A stretch of DNA of 63,347 bases, counting the filler, from Kipferlia bialata (taxonomy: Eukaryota), in the NCBI GenBank assembly GCA_003568945.1. It is 6 parts of 6 records of this genome, joined end to end, with 100 filler letters (N's around TTAATTAATTAA, not from the genome) between each part and the next. Parts side by side here need not be neighbours in the genome. Positions count along the whole stretch, not along the records: positions 39,721 to 56,804 come from BDIP01000546.1; 5 more parts are not named here. One strand, written 5' to 3'. The notes under the pieces are model-generated. The model was given only the letters and a program-made list of their open reading frames with translations, had not been told where the DNA came from and ran no database searches. Position numbers and translations under genes: made by a program. Below are positions 41,808 to 53,711 of this stretch, piece by piece (the stretch's first letter is position 1; each line of letters starts with the position of its first letter).

Positions 41808-41846
<39 letters not shown>

Positions 41847-44800
41847 GAAATACATATATGCATCTTCCAATATACACCTGCATGTACCCGACCCCATCCT
41901 CTAAGTATGCACTGACTATATACAAAAACAGATGTATATGTATATATATTCCATACTATATATATATATATATAGGTATACCACAGGATATACCTGCATG
42001 AACCCGACCCCATCCTCTAGGTATGCACTGACTGCCTTGAAGAAGGGGGTGCACTGGTCAGTCAGCCTGGGGTTGGAATACATGAGTATAGTGGGAGAAA
42101 GCGTATACTGACGCTACAATTCATACTATATAGAAAAAACATTAACATGCGTATGACTATTTGCATAATGTGACGTTAAATAGGGGTGTAATGGTCAGTA
42201 AGCTTGAGGTTAGTAATTTATGTATCATTGTATTGCTTATATGGATATATGTATCTCTATATCGTGTCATCAGAAATAGAGAATTTACATGTCAGACAAG
42301 TCGTCTTCCAATAGTGTGTCATGTAGTATAATACTAGTATATATGTATACCTCTCTCTATCATCATCACTCCTCACTTGCACCGTGACTGTGTCTGACTC
42401 CTGCCACAGATACTGCTCTCCATAGGGGTCACAGGCTAAGGTGAGTGTGCATTATACACACGTACATCTAGATATAGGGAGAGAGAGAAAGATGTACATG
42501 TGTGTAGATAATATATAGGATAGAGAGAAAGAGATCCCGACCAGACCATTCCCACCAAACATACACATAACAGAATGAATGTAAAAGCATACATGTGTAT
42601 ACATGTATTTGAATATATGAATACATGCGTATCCCCATACGTTTACCTGTATTTGAATATATGGATATATACATGTGCCCAGTTGAGCAGAACATGCCGA
42701 CTACACATGGTCACGTATATACAAATACACACACTACCACTATACACACACATATATACTTTTCTATATGCATGTGCCCACCTGATAAACATATATACAA
42801 ACACACACCCATATATATATACACATACATATATATATATCTATATATATCTATATGCATGTGCCCGCCTGATATATACACACACACATATATATATCTA
42901 ATACCGTTCACCATAATATGGAGAATGGAGAGAGAGAGAGAGAGATCCCCACCTGAGCAGAACATGCCGACCACATACTCGTACACGGCATCATAGCAGG
43001 AGACGGCCTGATGATTAGATATGTGTATATCTATATAGACTCAGGTGAATATATATCTAGTAATTGTCACCATCATAGCAGGAGACGGCCTGGGGGTAAG
43101 TAAGCAGGTATGAATAGTAACCAGTACATTCAATAGATACAATGAATGGGTGAGTATATATATATATCATAGCAGGAGACGGCCTGATGATTTGATATCT
43201 ATATATATCTAGTTTATGGACTAAAATGAATGTGTTTCTCAATTGAGGACGATACTAAAACGGCCTGGGGAAAATGAAAAGAAGCAAACTACTTAACAAA
43301 TATACACATAATGTATACAGACATACACAAGTTATGCAAACACACACAAATAATTACATTAACAATATATGTGCCTAGCACTATAAGAATACTCTATACC
43401 GCATGAGCTGTGTATGTGACTCTGGGACGACTATTCATATGACATACTAAATATTCTGAATACAATGAAATATATAAATACAAACATCCTCATCCTATAC
43501 CTGGTACCCCATGAGCTGTGTGTGTGACTCCAGGACATATATACATTTCACATACTACATATCTGAACACAATATATACATAACATAAATATATATATAT
43601 ATATATATGTATATATCCTATACCTGGTACCCCATGAGCTGTGTGTGTGACTCCATCATAGTACATACAAATCCTTGTCATATGTATGCCAAACCTTAAA
43701 TCAATGATATAATCAATATATATTATACCCATAATTACTATGATGTGCCTGATATCCCATGAGCTGTGTGTGTGACTCTAGGACAGAGTTGAGGGCATTG
43801 GCAGGGGTGGTATAACTGTGGTCAGTATCATATTTGCATATATATATATATATTCATATATATAGTAGTACGAATACACTAATGAATACAGAGTTGAGGG
43901 CATTGGCTGGGGTGGTGTAGCTGTGGTCAATAATATACATGTATGTATTTACATATATAGTAGTACGAATACACTAATGAATACAGAGTTGAGGGCACTG
44001 GCTGGGGTGGTGTAACTGTATGTGAGTTAGGTGTGTGTATATATATATTAATGTATATAAATATATATATATATATATATGCACACATAGTACATACATG
44101 TATATTTAGTGTTGAGGGCATTGGCAGGGGTGGTATAACTGTGGTTAGCACATACCATATGACTAACAAGTCCTAAATGACTTACCACTATATAAGTAAG
44201 TGATCATATACGTACTCGTCTGAACCCACTCTATATATGGAGACATCCACAGTGTGATACACTATATACTATATACATATGCATTTATACAGTATCATTG
44301 TAATCGGTATATATATATATATATATGTATCATTCTGTACGTACTCGTCTGTACCCACTATATACTACATACACATTCATATTCACAGTTACACTACCAT
44401 TGCTATGGATATATATCAATATGTACGTACTCGTCCGTGCCCACTCTGTATATGGAGTCACTGCGCTGGGATATGTACGACGGGGCCTGGATGTGAGAGA
44501 TACTCTTTCGGTCCCACATACATAGAGTTATGGGAGAATTCCCTGGTAGTGTACCCATGCCTACTTGCCTGCATCAATGCTATCTCCTGTTGCATGCCCA
44601 GCAGCATGGAGGGGATATATATATATATACAGAGAGAGAGAGTGTGTGTACTACATACATATACTATATACATATGTATATATATATATCAATACATACC
44701 TGCATGAGTGATATCTCCTGTTGCATATCCAGTAGCATGGAGGGGAGATAGGTGGACAGCATGGACTGTGGGTCAGGTATATCTATTACAGACACCACTG

Positions 44801-45969
44801 TGTATATAGTCTACATAATACAATATATGTATATATGAGTGTGCAAGGCATGGAGGGGAGATGGGTGGACAGCATGGACTGGGGGTAAGAGATAGAGTAT
44901 ACATAGATAAAGAGAGAGAGAGAATGAGTATACAATCAATATTCAAGAAATATATATACAGGAGACAAATCGGAGTTGCTAGGATACACTTATGGATATA
45001 CCTCATAGAGTGTGCTGGAGCAGCAGGATACGTCGTTGTCATACATGGGACACACTGGGATGAGGATAAGTACATATCCAGAGAGGAGGGAGAGAGAGAG
45101 GGAGAGAGAGAGAGAGTTGTCACACATCGGACACATTGGGGTGAATATATATAGGAAGGAACAAATCCAGAGAGATGAAGGGAGAGAAAGACAGACTTCT
45201 CACATATACATATCTATACCTGTTGACTGTGTTGGCTGTGTGAGTGCCACTGGGTACATGCCATATATATATATGTATATATATATATGTACACATACTA
45301 TATATATATACCATATATATATATACCTGTTGACTGTGTCTGCTGTGTGAGTGCCACTGGGTACATGCCATATATGATATAAGTACATAAGTATATACAC
45401 ATACTATATATATACACCATATATACCATATATCTATACCTGTTGACTGTGTCTGCTGTGTGAGTGCCACAGGGTACATGCCAGACACGGAGTGGCAGGT
45501 GGGGGAGAGCTAGGGTGAGATACATTGTATGCACATGTAGTATATAGATGAGTACGAGTGTATTACTATCTATTACTCTGGTAATTTGCATGCCAGACAC
45601 GGAGTAGCAGGTGGAGGACAACTGAGGTGAGAGAGGATATATATATGACAGAGAGAGTTCTATATGGTACATATGTGGTGTGATTGTTAATTGCATAGGA
45701 TATATATGAGAGACACGGAGTGGCAGGTGGGGGACAACTGGCATAAGAGAGAGAGTCAGTGGTTTGCAGGAAAGGGGGGGGGGGGGGGGGGGAAGGGGGA
45801 GAGGGGGGGAGAGAGGAGGGGGGGGGGGGGGGGGGGGGGGGGACTATACAGTAACACACTATACACATCCTATACATCCGCAATGCAAACCAGAGCCAAA
45901 AGGGAGGATAATGAATATCCTGTAATAGAGGCATACCTTGTCCGTCAATAGGTCAGGGGGGCTGGACAT
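39966..45969 (-). CDS. Cys-rich protein, possibly folate-receptor/NPC1-N-like, 3'-partial; tiny exons embedded in echo arrays
   Basis: MSSPPDLLTDK|LSPTCHSVSGMYPVAL..|VCPMYDNDVSCCSS..|..AVSCYDAVYEYVVGMFCS|..DQCTPFFKAV..|DIQCSLHSDCHSAEYVACPCAQ|..AYADTVMGYTLTELVE. The CP..SCC and C....FCS spacing is reminiscent only; family call is weak. Confidence 0.55.
40965..41646. other. Scaffold gap (N run) inside an echo-rich intron
   Basis: About 680 N with no linker motif. Confidence 0.95.
41660..42033. repeat. Four-copy ~40-nt direct repeat with dissimilar TA-rich spacers (exon 3'-end echo array)
   Basis: ACCTGCATGWACCCGACCCCATCCTCTARGTATGCACTGA at 41660, 41768, 41876 and 41992. The last copy is the real exon end. 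Confidence 0.92.
43398..44150. repeat. Double echo array: four copies of each half of one exon
   Basis: CATGAGCTGTGTRTGTGACTC at ~43402, 43510, 43633, 43758 and GTTGAGGGCAYTGGCWGGGGTGGT at ~43788, 43892, 43988, 44111. Confidence 0.9.
45218..45742. repeat. Echo arrays on both sides of exon 45440-45510
   Basis: ACCTGTTGACTGTGT..GTGAGTGCCAC.GGGTACATGCCA at 45218, 45325, 45438; AGACACGGAGTRGCAGGTGG at ~45483, 45595, 45711. Confidence 0.9.
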
Positions 45970-46319
45970 TGTAACAGACAGTGATTCACTGTCAGTGAAT
46001 AGAGTGGAGAGAACCAACTTAGTTATTGATCAAACTTAGACCTGAAGGTCAATCAAACTTGTGTCTTTGCTAATTCATAACTCATACTTCTATACACGCT
46101 TCCTAACTCATATCTCGTCGCTGCCTTTAACCGAGGTCAACACATGGCCAGGTAAGTGAGTTGTACGGATACGTGGGGATGTATATTGTATCGCTATCTG
46201 TGTATGTAGAAATTGTCTCACTCTGTTGTGATGGATGTCTATTGGTCTATATAGCTATGTCGTGGAACTTGTGATAGGTGGTTGTGAGACGGGGTACTTG
46301 TGACATCGCAAGTTGACCC

Positions 46320-47316
46320 CTACTCCTCCCTGGGACATAGATCCTCGAATACATCTCCATCAGACTGGATGGTGATGATGTCGGGACCACCTAGTGTCAG
46401 TAACACGACATACACAGTACTGACTTCGGCAGAGTAACACAGCATAGAATTTCTGTGTTTCTACCACTATCCTACAGAAGGCCTAGCTCTCCTCGCTACT
46501 ATATTCCTGACAGTGACAGTGTTTTACTGTACAAAGTATGAACTGCAGACACCAACCTGCAATGAATGCCGCTCTCAGTGTTGCCACGACAGCTGCGTCG
46601 TAGGGTTCACGGCTGGTCTTGCAGAAGTAGAAGAGACCCCTGACGTGAGTAATACTCATCGCGTTTGAAGTGTTCACACCATTATACGCGGTGCTAAGTG
46701 AATGTGTTTGCGAAAGGTATCATCTCTTGGAGAAGTAGGAGAGTCTTCTGTGGTATTATCTGCCAATTTCTGTATCTCAATGGAGTCCATATATACCCAC
46801 ACTATTCTTCCCAAGAACTTCTTCGATGTCCACACCACTCACTTGTCTGGGCACAGTGGGTTGAACCTTAGCGATGTGAGGGAACTGTCCTGTGTCAGAT
46901 GGACATTCACACACCTACGCAGAGAGAGAGAGAGAGAGATTGAGCTGCCAGGTTAGCTTGTTCTACAGTTCCTTGTCAGGCGCACATCGCGACAGTCCCC
47001 ATCGGTAGTGACCTATAGTTTGGCTCAAACCCACCTGAATCTGAGGCCGCTCAGGGTCCCTGGTGAGGCAGAATGGCTCTCCTGTCTCATTGGACAGACA
47101 GATGTGGTCGGCAGATACAGTGTGCTCAAAAGCGGTAGGATCACGTGCAATGACCTCCTCTACTGCCTTCACTGTTAGAACACTACATTGACCAATACCA
47201 GATACATAGTATACCATATAGTAATGTATATACTATACTATGTATACCTTTACAACACTCTCCCACTGCTCGGGAGTGAGGGGACCCTTGCGGTACCAGT
47301 AGTGTGTGTAGCCCAT
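46320..47316 (-). CDS. Small uncharacterised 'MGYTHYW...FCKT.R.PYD...SDGD' family protein, 5 exons
   Basis: MGYTHYWYRKGPLTPEQWESVVK|..GEPFCLTRD..|..|GLFYFCKTSREPYDAAVVATLRAAFIA|GGPDIITIQSDGDVFEDLCPREE*. Confidence 0.8.
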
Positions 47317-47849
47317 ATCCTGCTGTGTATGTGAGAGGGAGAGCGACGCCATCAGTAGAAGGTATCACCATTTGAGTTTACTGTAGAGTGCTCAGTGAAG
47401 GCATTAGACTCTGGGGACGACTAATCGTGGCAAGGCGATCTGTTGGCATCTAGTTTACTCCCCTAGACTGAGGACTGTATAGACTATACAGGCTGTATAG
47501 TCTATTAGGTTAGACTCAGTTTATGGTTCCCTTCGTTTGGTTCAACATGACTCAAGGGGTGACAGAGGTACAGGACATACGTTGTGCGCTGACAATGCAA
47601 CGAATACATCAACAATTCTCGTTAAACAATACCACATTAGACACGTATCAAGTTGATAATCAACATACTAGGAGACGTAAGTCTCGGTACATGGACCAAG
47701 ATACACAATATTGGTGTCTACGCAAAGACATTGAAATATAGAATTATTGTCTTTCTATATCTATTCAATATCTACATTATTGAGAGCATATACATACACC
47801 ATGACCACCAGATGGACACAAAGTCCTAGCTCTACTATATGCCTTCGTG

Positions 47850-50739
47850 TTACTGTGGGAGTGTTAAGTTGATGTCAGATGGAGTCTCCTCGAGGAAAGA
47901 GATTGGCACCTTGGCCCCCTCTACCACACACTGTGACAGCATGCAGCACTGACACACCTTGGGGGTCTGACTCCTCAGCTTGACAGCGTTGTAGCACGTG
48001 TGGTGGACCTGCAGTTAGAATGAGTTATTGTCTTCCTATCATGTATAGGAGGTGTTATTACTGTATATGCATAATACTACCTGCTTAGCGTGGTGGATAC
48101 AGGAGACATATACATATAGATGTATATGTAAACATGTCGAGAGAGAGAGTTACTGTGCATGCATAGATGTATATATACTATATACAGTATATAGTACCTG
48201 CTTAGCGTGGTGGATGCAGGAGCATGACCCCCTGGCTGCTGCACTCTCTCCCTCTCCGACCCTCTCAGTACAGAGGAGGCATGCAGATCTGTCTAGCCTA
48301 CCAGCTGTGATCTTGAGACTGACATAGTCACACATCCCACACTCCTGAGGGTCGTAGCGTCTGTATATGTCGACAGGGGCCGAGAGAGGGGGGACCTTGA
48401 CTGCGGAGGGTGGGTATCTTCCACCACCCTTGATGCCTGGGGTGAGAGAGGGAGAGGGGGAGGGGGAGGGGGAACAGGTAGAATACCTGTTGGTGGAATA
48501 CTATATGAGGTGAAACACCAGTAGAGTCAAATATGGAGTACACACCTGTGAAGCTGAGTGTGCAACCGATGAACCCCAGGGTAGTGGCCTCCACCCACTC
48601 ATTACACACAGGACACTTGACCTATGGTAAGAGAGGAGTTAGGACAGATGATGATGGATTGATGAACGTATATATGTACTCAGGGCACTTCACCTGGGGC
48701 GGTGGAGTTTGTTGCAATACAACCGATATATAAATGAACGAGTAATCGCGCGATAAGGCAAGTATATATATATATATACTCGGGGTACTTGACCTGGGGT
48801 GAGGAAGAGTGTGCATGATGTAGAGTTCCTTACAAAACACAGTAATATATATTAGCAAGGGACTTATACTGGGGTGGGGAAGACGAATGTGTGTATCAAG
48901 TGTGTGTTGATTGTAAGGACGAGCAGTCGGGACAATAATCAACAGGAATGAGAGTGTGTTAGTGACCTCGCTGTAAGAATAGTTTCATACAGAGTTGTAT
49001 ACACATATATATATAGACCCATACCTTGTAGGAGTCCATCTGGAGATCAAATGTCCCCATCCAGCACTTGTGTATCACCATGTGTCCGCATGCCGCACAC
49101 TCCTTGTTGGTGCATACTCCCTCTAGGTTGAGACCATAGGTGGCACTCCGCCAGCTGGGGCACTTCCCAGACCTGGCGGGTGAGGTGTTTATATACACTA
49201 ACATATACCAGTATAAATACAATATAACAATAATATTGTGTATTAATATGATATGTACATATGACAGATACACTCATACCTGTCGAGGGGGATGTTGCCC
49301 AGACCCTCAGTCTCCTCCACGTCCACAAACCCAGCACGGCACCCACCGCCCCTGGGCTCTACCCAGAGACCCAGTGTGTCCCCAGCTGTGACGCCATAGG
49401 AAGCAAGGGTGCGGCTCTCGTCCTGCAGGGTAGGAATGCATATGTATTAGGCGGCTTTTAGGTCCGTATCAAACTTTGATTCAAAGATGTTGTACATTAT
49501 ACGAGTATAAAAGTATACGAGTATTCGTATTCCCCAATAGTATATACGTGCAGTATATACACAATATATATATACATCACAATATAGTATAATAATATAT
49601 GTGTGTGTATATGTGTGTATACATACCTGCCTTTGCCCATTAGGCAGGTCCCTCAATTGCTTGGCCTATATACATTAAAGTATATGTAAATAATGTATAT
49701 ATATGTATATATATATATGTATATGCCGGCATCTGACCTTTGGGCAAATCACCTATATAGTCATAATACTATATATGTATATGTGTATATACACCTGCAT
49801 CTGCCCCTTGGGTGCCCCATCTACGTAGTCCTCATAGTCAGCAAAGGGATCACACGTATCGCTGACATAGAGGGTGATGGAGCGGCGCCTGAGGGACTCC
49901 GATACCGCAACCTTATCCAACAGCTCAGCTACTGTGGTGTCAGGCTGGACAGAGACGGTCATGGAGGTGCCTCTCACCATGTGATACAGGCTGATCACGA
50001 TATCAGTGGGAGGGGCCAGTTTGACACCCCACACTGAGCCGAGGACAAGGTCTGCAGACAGCTGTCCGTAGTACTTCTCTCCGTCACAGTAGACAGCGAG
50101 GACACGCCTCCCAGCCTCTGCCTCGATGGCCTGAATGAGAGAGAGAGAGAGAGAGAGGAGAGAGACTGTATGTATATCTGATGGTATATATATATATATA
50201 TATTATATACTAATATATACGCCTGCCAGCCTCGGCCTCGATGGCCTGTGTGAGAGTGGAAGAAGTAGAGAAAAACGCACAAGAGGGTATGTATCATGTA
50301 CCACATATGCATATATGCAGAGTCTGCCAATAGCCTAGAGGCCCTCTAGGGCCTGATATGTGTGTGCTAAACATAAGAACGGGTGGGGGGGGGGGGGGGG
50401 GGGGAAAAAAAAATAAATTATAAAGAGACTCTGTCAGTGCTCCTTCCATCTAGTACGAAGCACAAATATGCTAGAGAATAGGATAAACCCTGCTCAGACA
50501 CAAGAATAAGCACAGACAGAGACTATAAGTAGCCAGAGAGAGAGAGAGAGATACATGCATACCTGCTCCTTCAGTTCCTTGAGTTTGTCTCTCTTAGGCG
50601 GTAGGGGATGCCGTTTGAGACTCATTCTCGCTTGGGCACCACTGATGTAAGAGGGGGGGGGGGGGCAAAGAGACAGAGAGATAGAGAGAGAGTGATACTA
50701 AGAAGGGTAGTCGTGTGCTCACCTTTCATGGCAACCCAT
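47850..50739 (-). CDS. Ubiquitin-like domain + Cys-rich 'WR..GLNLEG.C.N..C' domain + RINGv (C4HC3) protein
   Basis: MGCHES start; UBL (..TVSVQPDTTVAELLDKV..DESRTLASYGVTAGDTLGLWVEPRGG); PSWRSATYGLNLEGVCTNKECAAC..VKCPVC..GFIGC; CLLC-x15-CSC-x7-H-x2-C-x13-CQCC. Stop at 47850-47852. A probable 5'-UTR donor (AG|GTAAGT) lies at ~51060. Confidence 0.8.
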
Positions 50740-51599
50740 CCCTCTCTCTCTTTCCCCCTCTCTTCTGCTCTCACCAGTCAGCCCGTCCTGCCTCACCCGT
50801 ATCTGACTGACTCTACCTAGAGAGATAGATAAGGAGTTGAGGACCCAGTTGAAAATCAGAAACTCTGAACCCTTTTCTAGTCTGACCCTAGCAACTCAGT
50901 AATCAACACGTCTCATGCACGATATGGATAAGACCTGTGCAACATATGCAGCAGTGGGCAGAACTGGGGACGAATAATCCTTGAGACGGGGTCTCCAGGC
51001 CAACGCCGGTAGAACGACTTGGCAATGAGGCATACTCATAAAAGGGAAGTGGTACTTACCTTTTATAATAGTGGTGCTTCCCGGAAGTACCACTGTTTGT
51101 TACCTGATAGAGTCAAGACTCTTGACTCAATATCGTGAATCGTTGTAATATAGTAGATACGACTCGAGAGTATAGGACACCTGAATAGAGAACAGTATTC
51201 ATCATACGTAGTACGTATTGTACGTATTACGTACAATATGCACTTGTACAGATCTACAAGGCGGGAATCCCGCAGCGGTATTCATGTTGAATCATACAAT
51301 AGACGTATCATTGCCTGAAACATCGACGTGTTTCATTCTAAAGCAAGTGCCAAAAGCCTAATGGTGCGGTTGATTCGTGATCTTGTCATTCGAGAACCAC
51401 CATTCTATGGCTCAAGTAGACATGAATTAGTAATGGGGATCAAGGTTTGGGCCAAGACAGAAGACATGAAAATAGTCCATTTAACAGTCGTTCTAGCTGT
51501 AACGGGTATTCTTCTATTACGTTGCACCAGCCTATATCTAATACACATTGTATCATTGGTCATCAGTTGAGGACCTCTACACTCTCTCTCTCTCTCTCT

Positions 51600-53057
51600 C
51601 TACTGCGTAACCGCCTTGGCCTCCCTCCCTCTCCACCTTAGTGCCTCCTCTCTAGATAGGTACATGTCCCTCTCTCCCTTGCAGGCCTCTATCCAGTTAG
51701 CCTGACAGCCTCTGAGGGTCAATGGTGGTGTATTGGTACACAAGCAAACATGCATATATATGTGTATGAACACATCATACTAAGTTTCACTCCTATACAC
51801 TAAACCAAGTACATTGAACCCCCCCATACCTGTCAAATGGGTTGTCCGGCCCATGGGGTCCATTGAGATAGGTATACCTGGGGATGAGAGAGAATGATCC
51901 AATAAAATCAACTCTGTGTGAACATGAATGCATATATGTATCCACCCTTCACCCCCACCCCTACACCCCACCCTCAAACATACCTAAACCCATTGAGCGT
52001 CTCGTTGGTGGTTGTGTTGCTAGTCAGCTGTTTGGAGTGAAGACCCACTAAGCCAATAACGTTGATGAGCTGAGGATGAGAGAGAGAGAGAGAACAGGGA
52101 TAATTGGAAGTCAACCGTACAACTAAGCAGCTACTTCGATTCCTCCACACAATCCTCAATACGCACTACACTTGACAACATACCATACTGCTTCCTATCA
52201 GAGCCCCTATCATCCAGGGTGCCTTTACACAGAGTGTCAGGATCTGACGCAATACACTGTCCTAGTGGTAAGATGAAATATCAAAGTCTCTATCATTGAG
52301 TACACATACCTGACTACTTGCCCCCAGTCAATCCAGCACCAGATATATACAGATATATAGAGGCAGAGAATCAATAGTAACACTGTATACACAACATACC
52401 CCAGCCTTGGCCCCCAGTCCCTCTCTGTCCAGTACAAGTGAGTACACTATCAGGCCATCATAGACTATGAATAGTCCCATTGACAGCCATAACAGGACAT
52501 AGAAGGCAGCTAGGTTCCTCTTTCCAATGCAGTTGTTGAGCCAAAGGCAGTCTGAACGGTCAGGGAATAGGCCAAGAGAGAGAGTCACTACACATAACTA
52601 GTCCTATATAGAACAAAAATGGGTGTTCTACTATACAAATGTGAACGTACGGTGATCGAACCGAGAGACGCATCTGCCGCACTGCGAACAGTGTTTGGAC
52701 CTGAGGGGTCTGGGGGTGAGGGATGTAACACATTGGGATACAAATGGCTACCGTGTATACACACTCATATATGTAACATATCTACACTGTACCTAATCAT
52801 TAGGCATGTGGCGCAGTGTCTGGACGGGTGCTGCAGACTGTTAACGTCAACAGCAGGGGCCTCACCTCCACTGTTGCCTGGGGGTGAGGGTGGATACTTG
52901 TAAATACACATATACTGCTACTTGTATATACATATATACTACTGCTATATTATAGAGAGAGAGGGGGGGGAGAGAGTACCTAGATGGAGTCCCAGTGTGA
53001 CAGGCACAGGTACCACAGGGGGTAGGTCGAGACTGGGCTTGTCCGGCTGGGTCAGAC

Positions 53058-53088
<31 letters not shown>

Positions 53089-53679
53089 CATCCAAAGGTA
53101 GACACAGTTGTATCCAGGAGCACCCGTACCTGTATGAATCCAGGGTCACACTGTGATGTGAACACTACCAGACCCAGCTGTACTACAGACAATACAATCA
53201 GTACCCAGCACAAGGGTACCAGTGTGTGGTTGGGTATGTACAGCTGGACCAGGGTGGCTATACAGGCCAGAGGGTATATCAGGAACCCTAAGAGAGGCAG
53301 GTTGACGTATCTCTTGACTGCTATGGACAGCCTCTTCCTCACAGTGCTGTGGGACTTGATAAGGGTAGCTATACCCATGTTGACTGGGGGGTTAGGGACA
53401 TGCAAGGTTGAAGACAATATATATATATATATATATATAATACATATTGCAATCTATTGCAGTGCTACAAAGTGAGGGTGTCTATGCCCATGTTGACTGG
53501 GGGGTTAGGCAAATTATATATACATACATTGTATATTAAAAATGAAATAGTACAGAGTAATAGTAGGGTGGCTAGGTCCATGTTGACTGGGGGGTATCTG
53601 CACCATACCCTCAGCCCTGTCTCCAGTGAAACAATATACAATTAGATATGTATATGGAATACTAATATAATATACATAC

Positions 53680-53711
<32 letters not shown>

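Noticed and set aside
40911..42013. Long ORFs of 238-358 aa in the ORF track
   Set aside because: Artefacts of translating through the N gap.
41660..45480. CRISPR arrays
   Set aside because: Eukaryotic context, no cas genes, repeats are copies of the neighbouring exon and differ between arrays, and spacers are low-complexity TA tracts.
46083..46300. Plus-strand micro-exon ATGGCCAG|GTAAGT or a snoRNA in this intergenic stretch
   Set aside because: No convincing downstream exon and no complete C/D or H/ACA box set; cannot be supported.
51051..51062. U1 snRNA 5' end (TACTTACCT)
   Set aside because: It is the reverse complement of a minus-strand AG|GTAAGT donor; no U1-70K loop, U1A loop or Sm site follows.
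52543..52660. Degenerate DHHC motif (ORF track shows DRSDCLW)
   Set aside because: Splicing c|ac restores DHHC across the intron.
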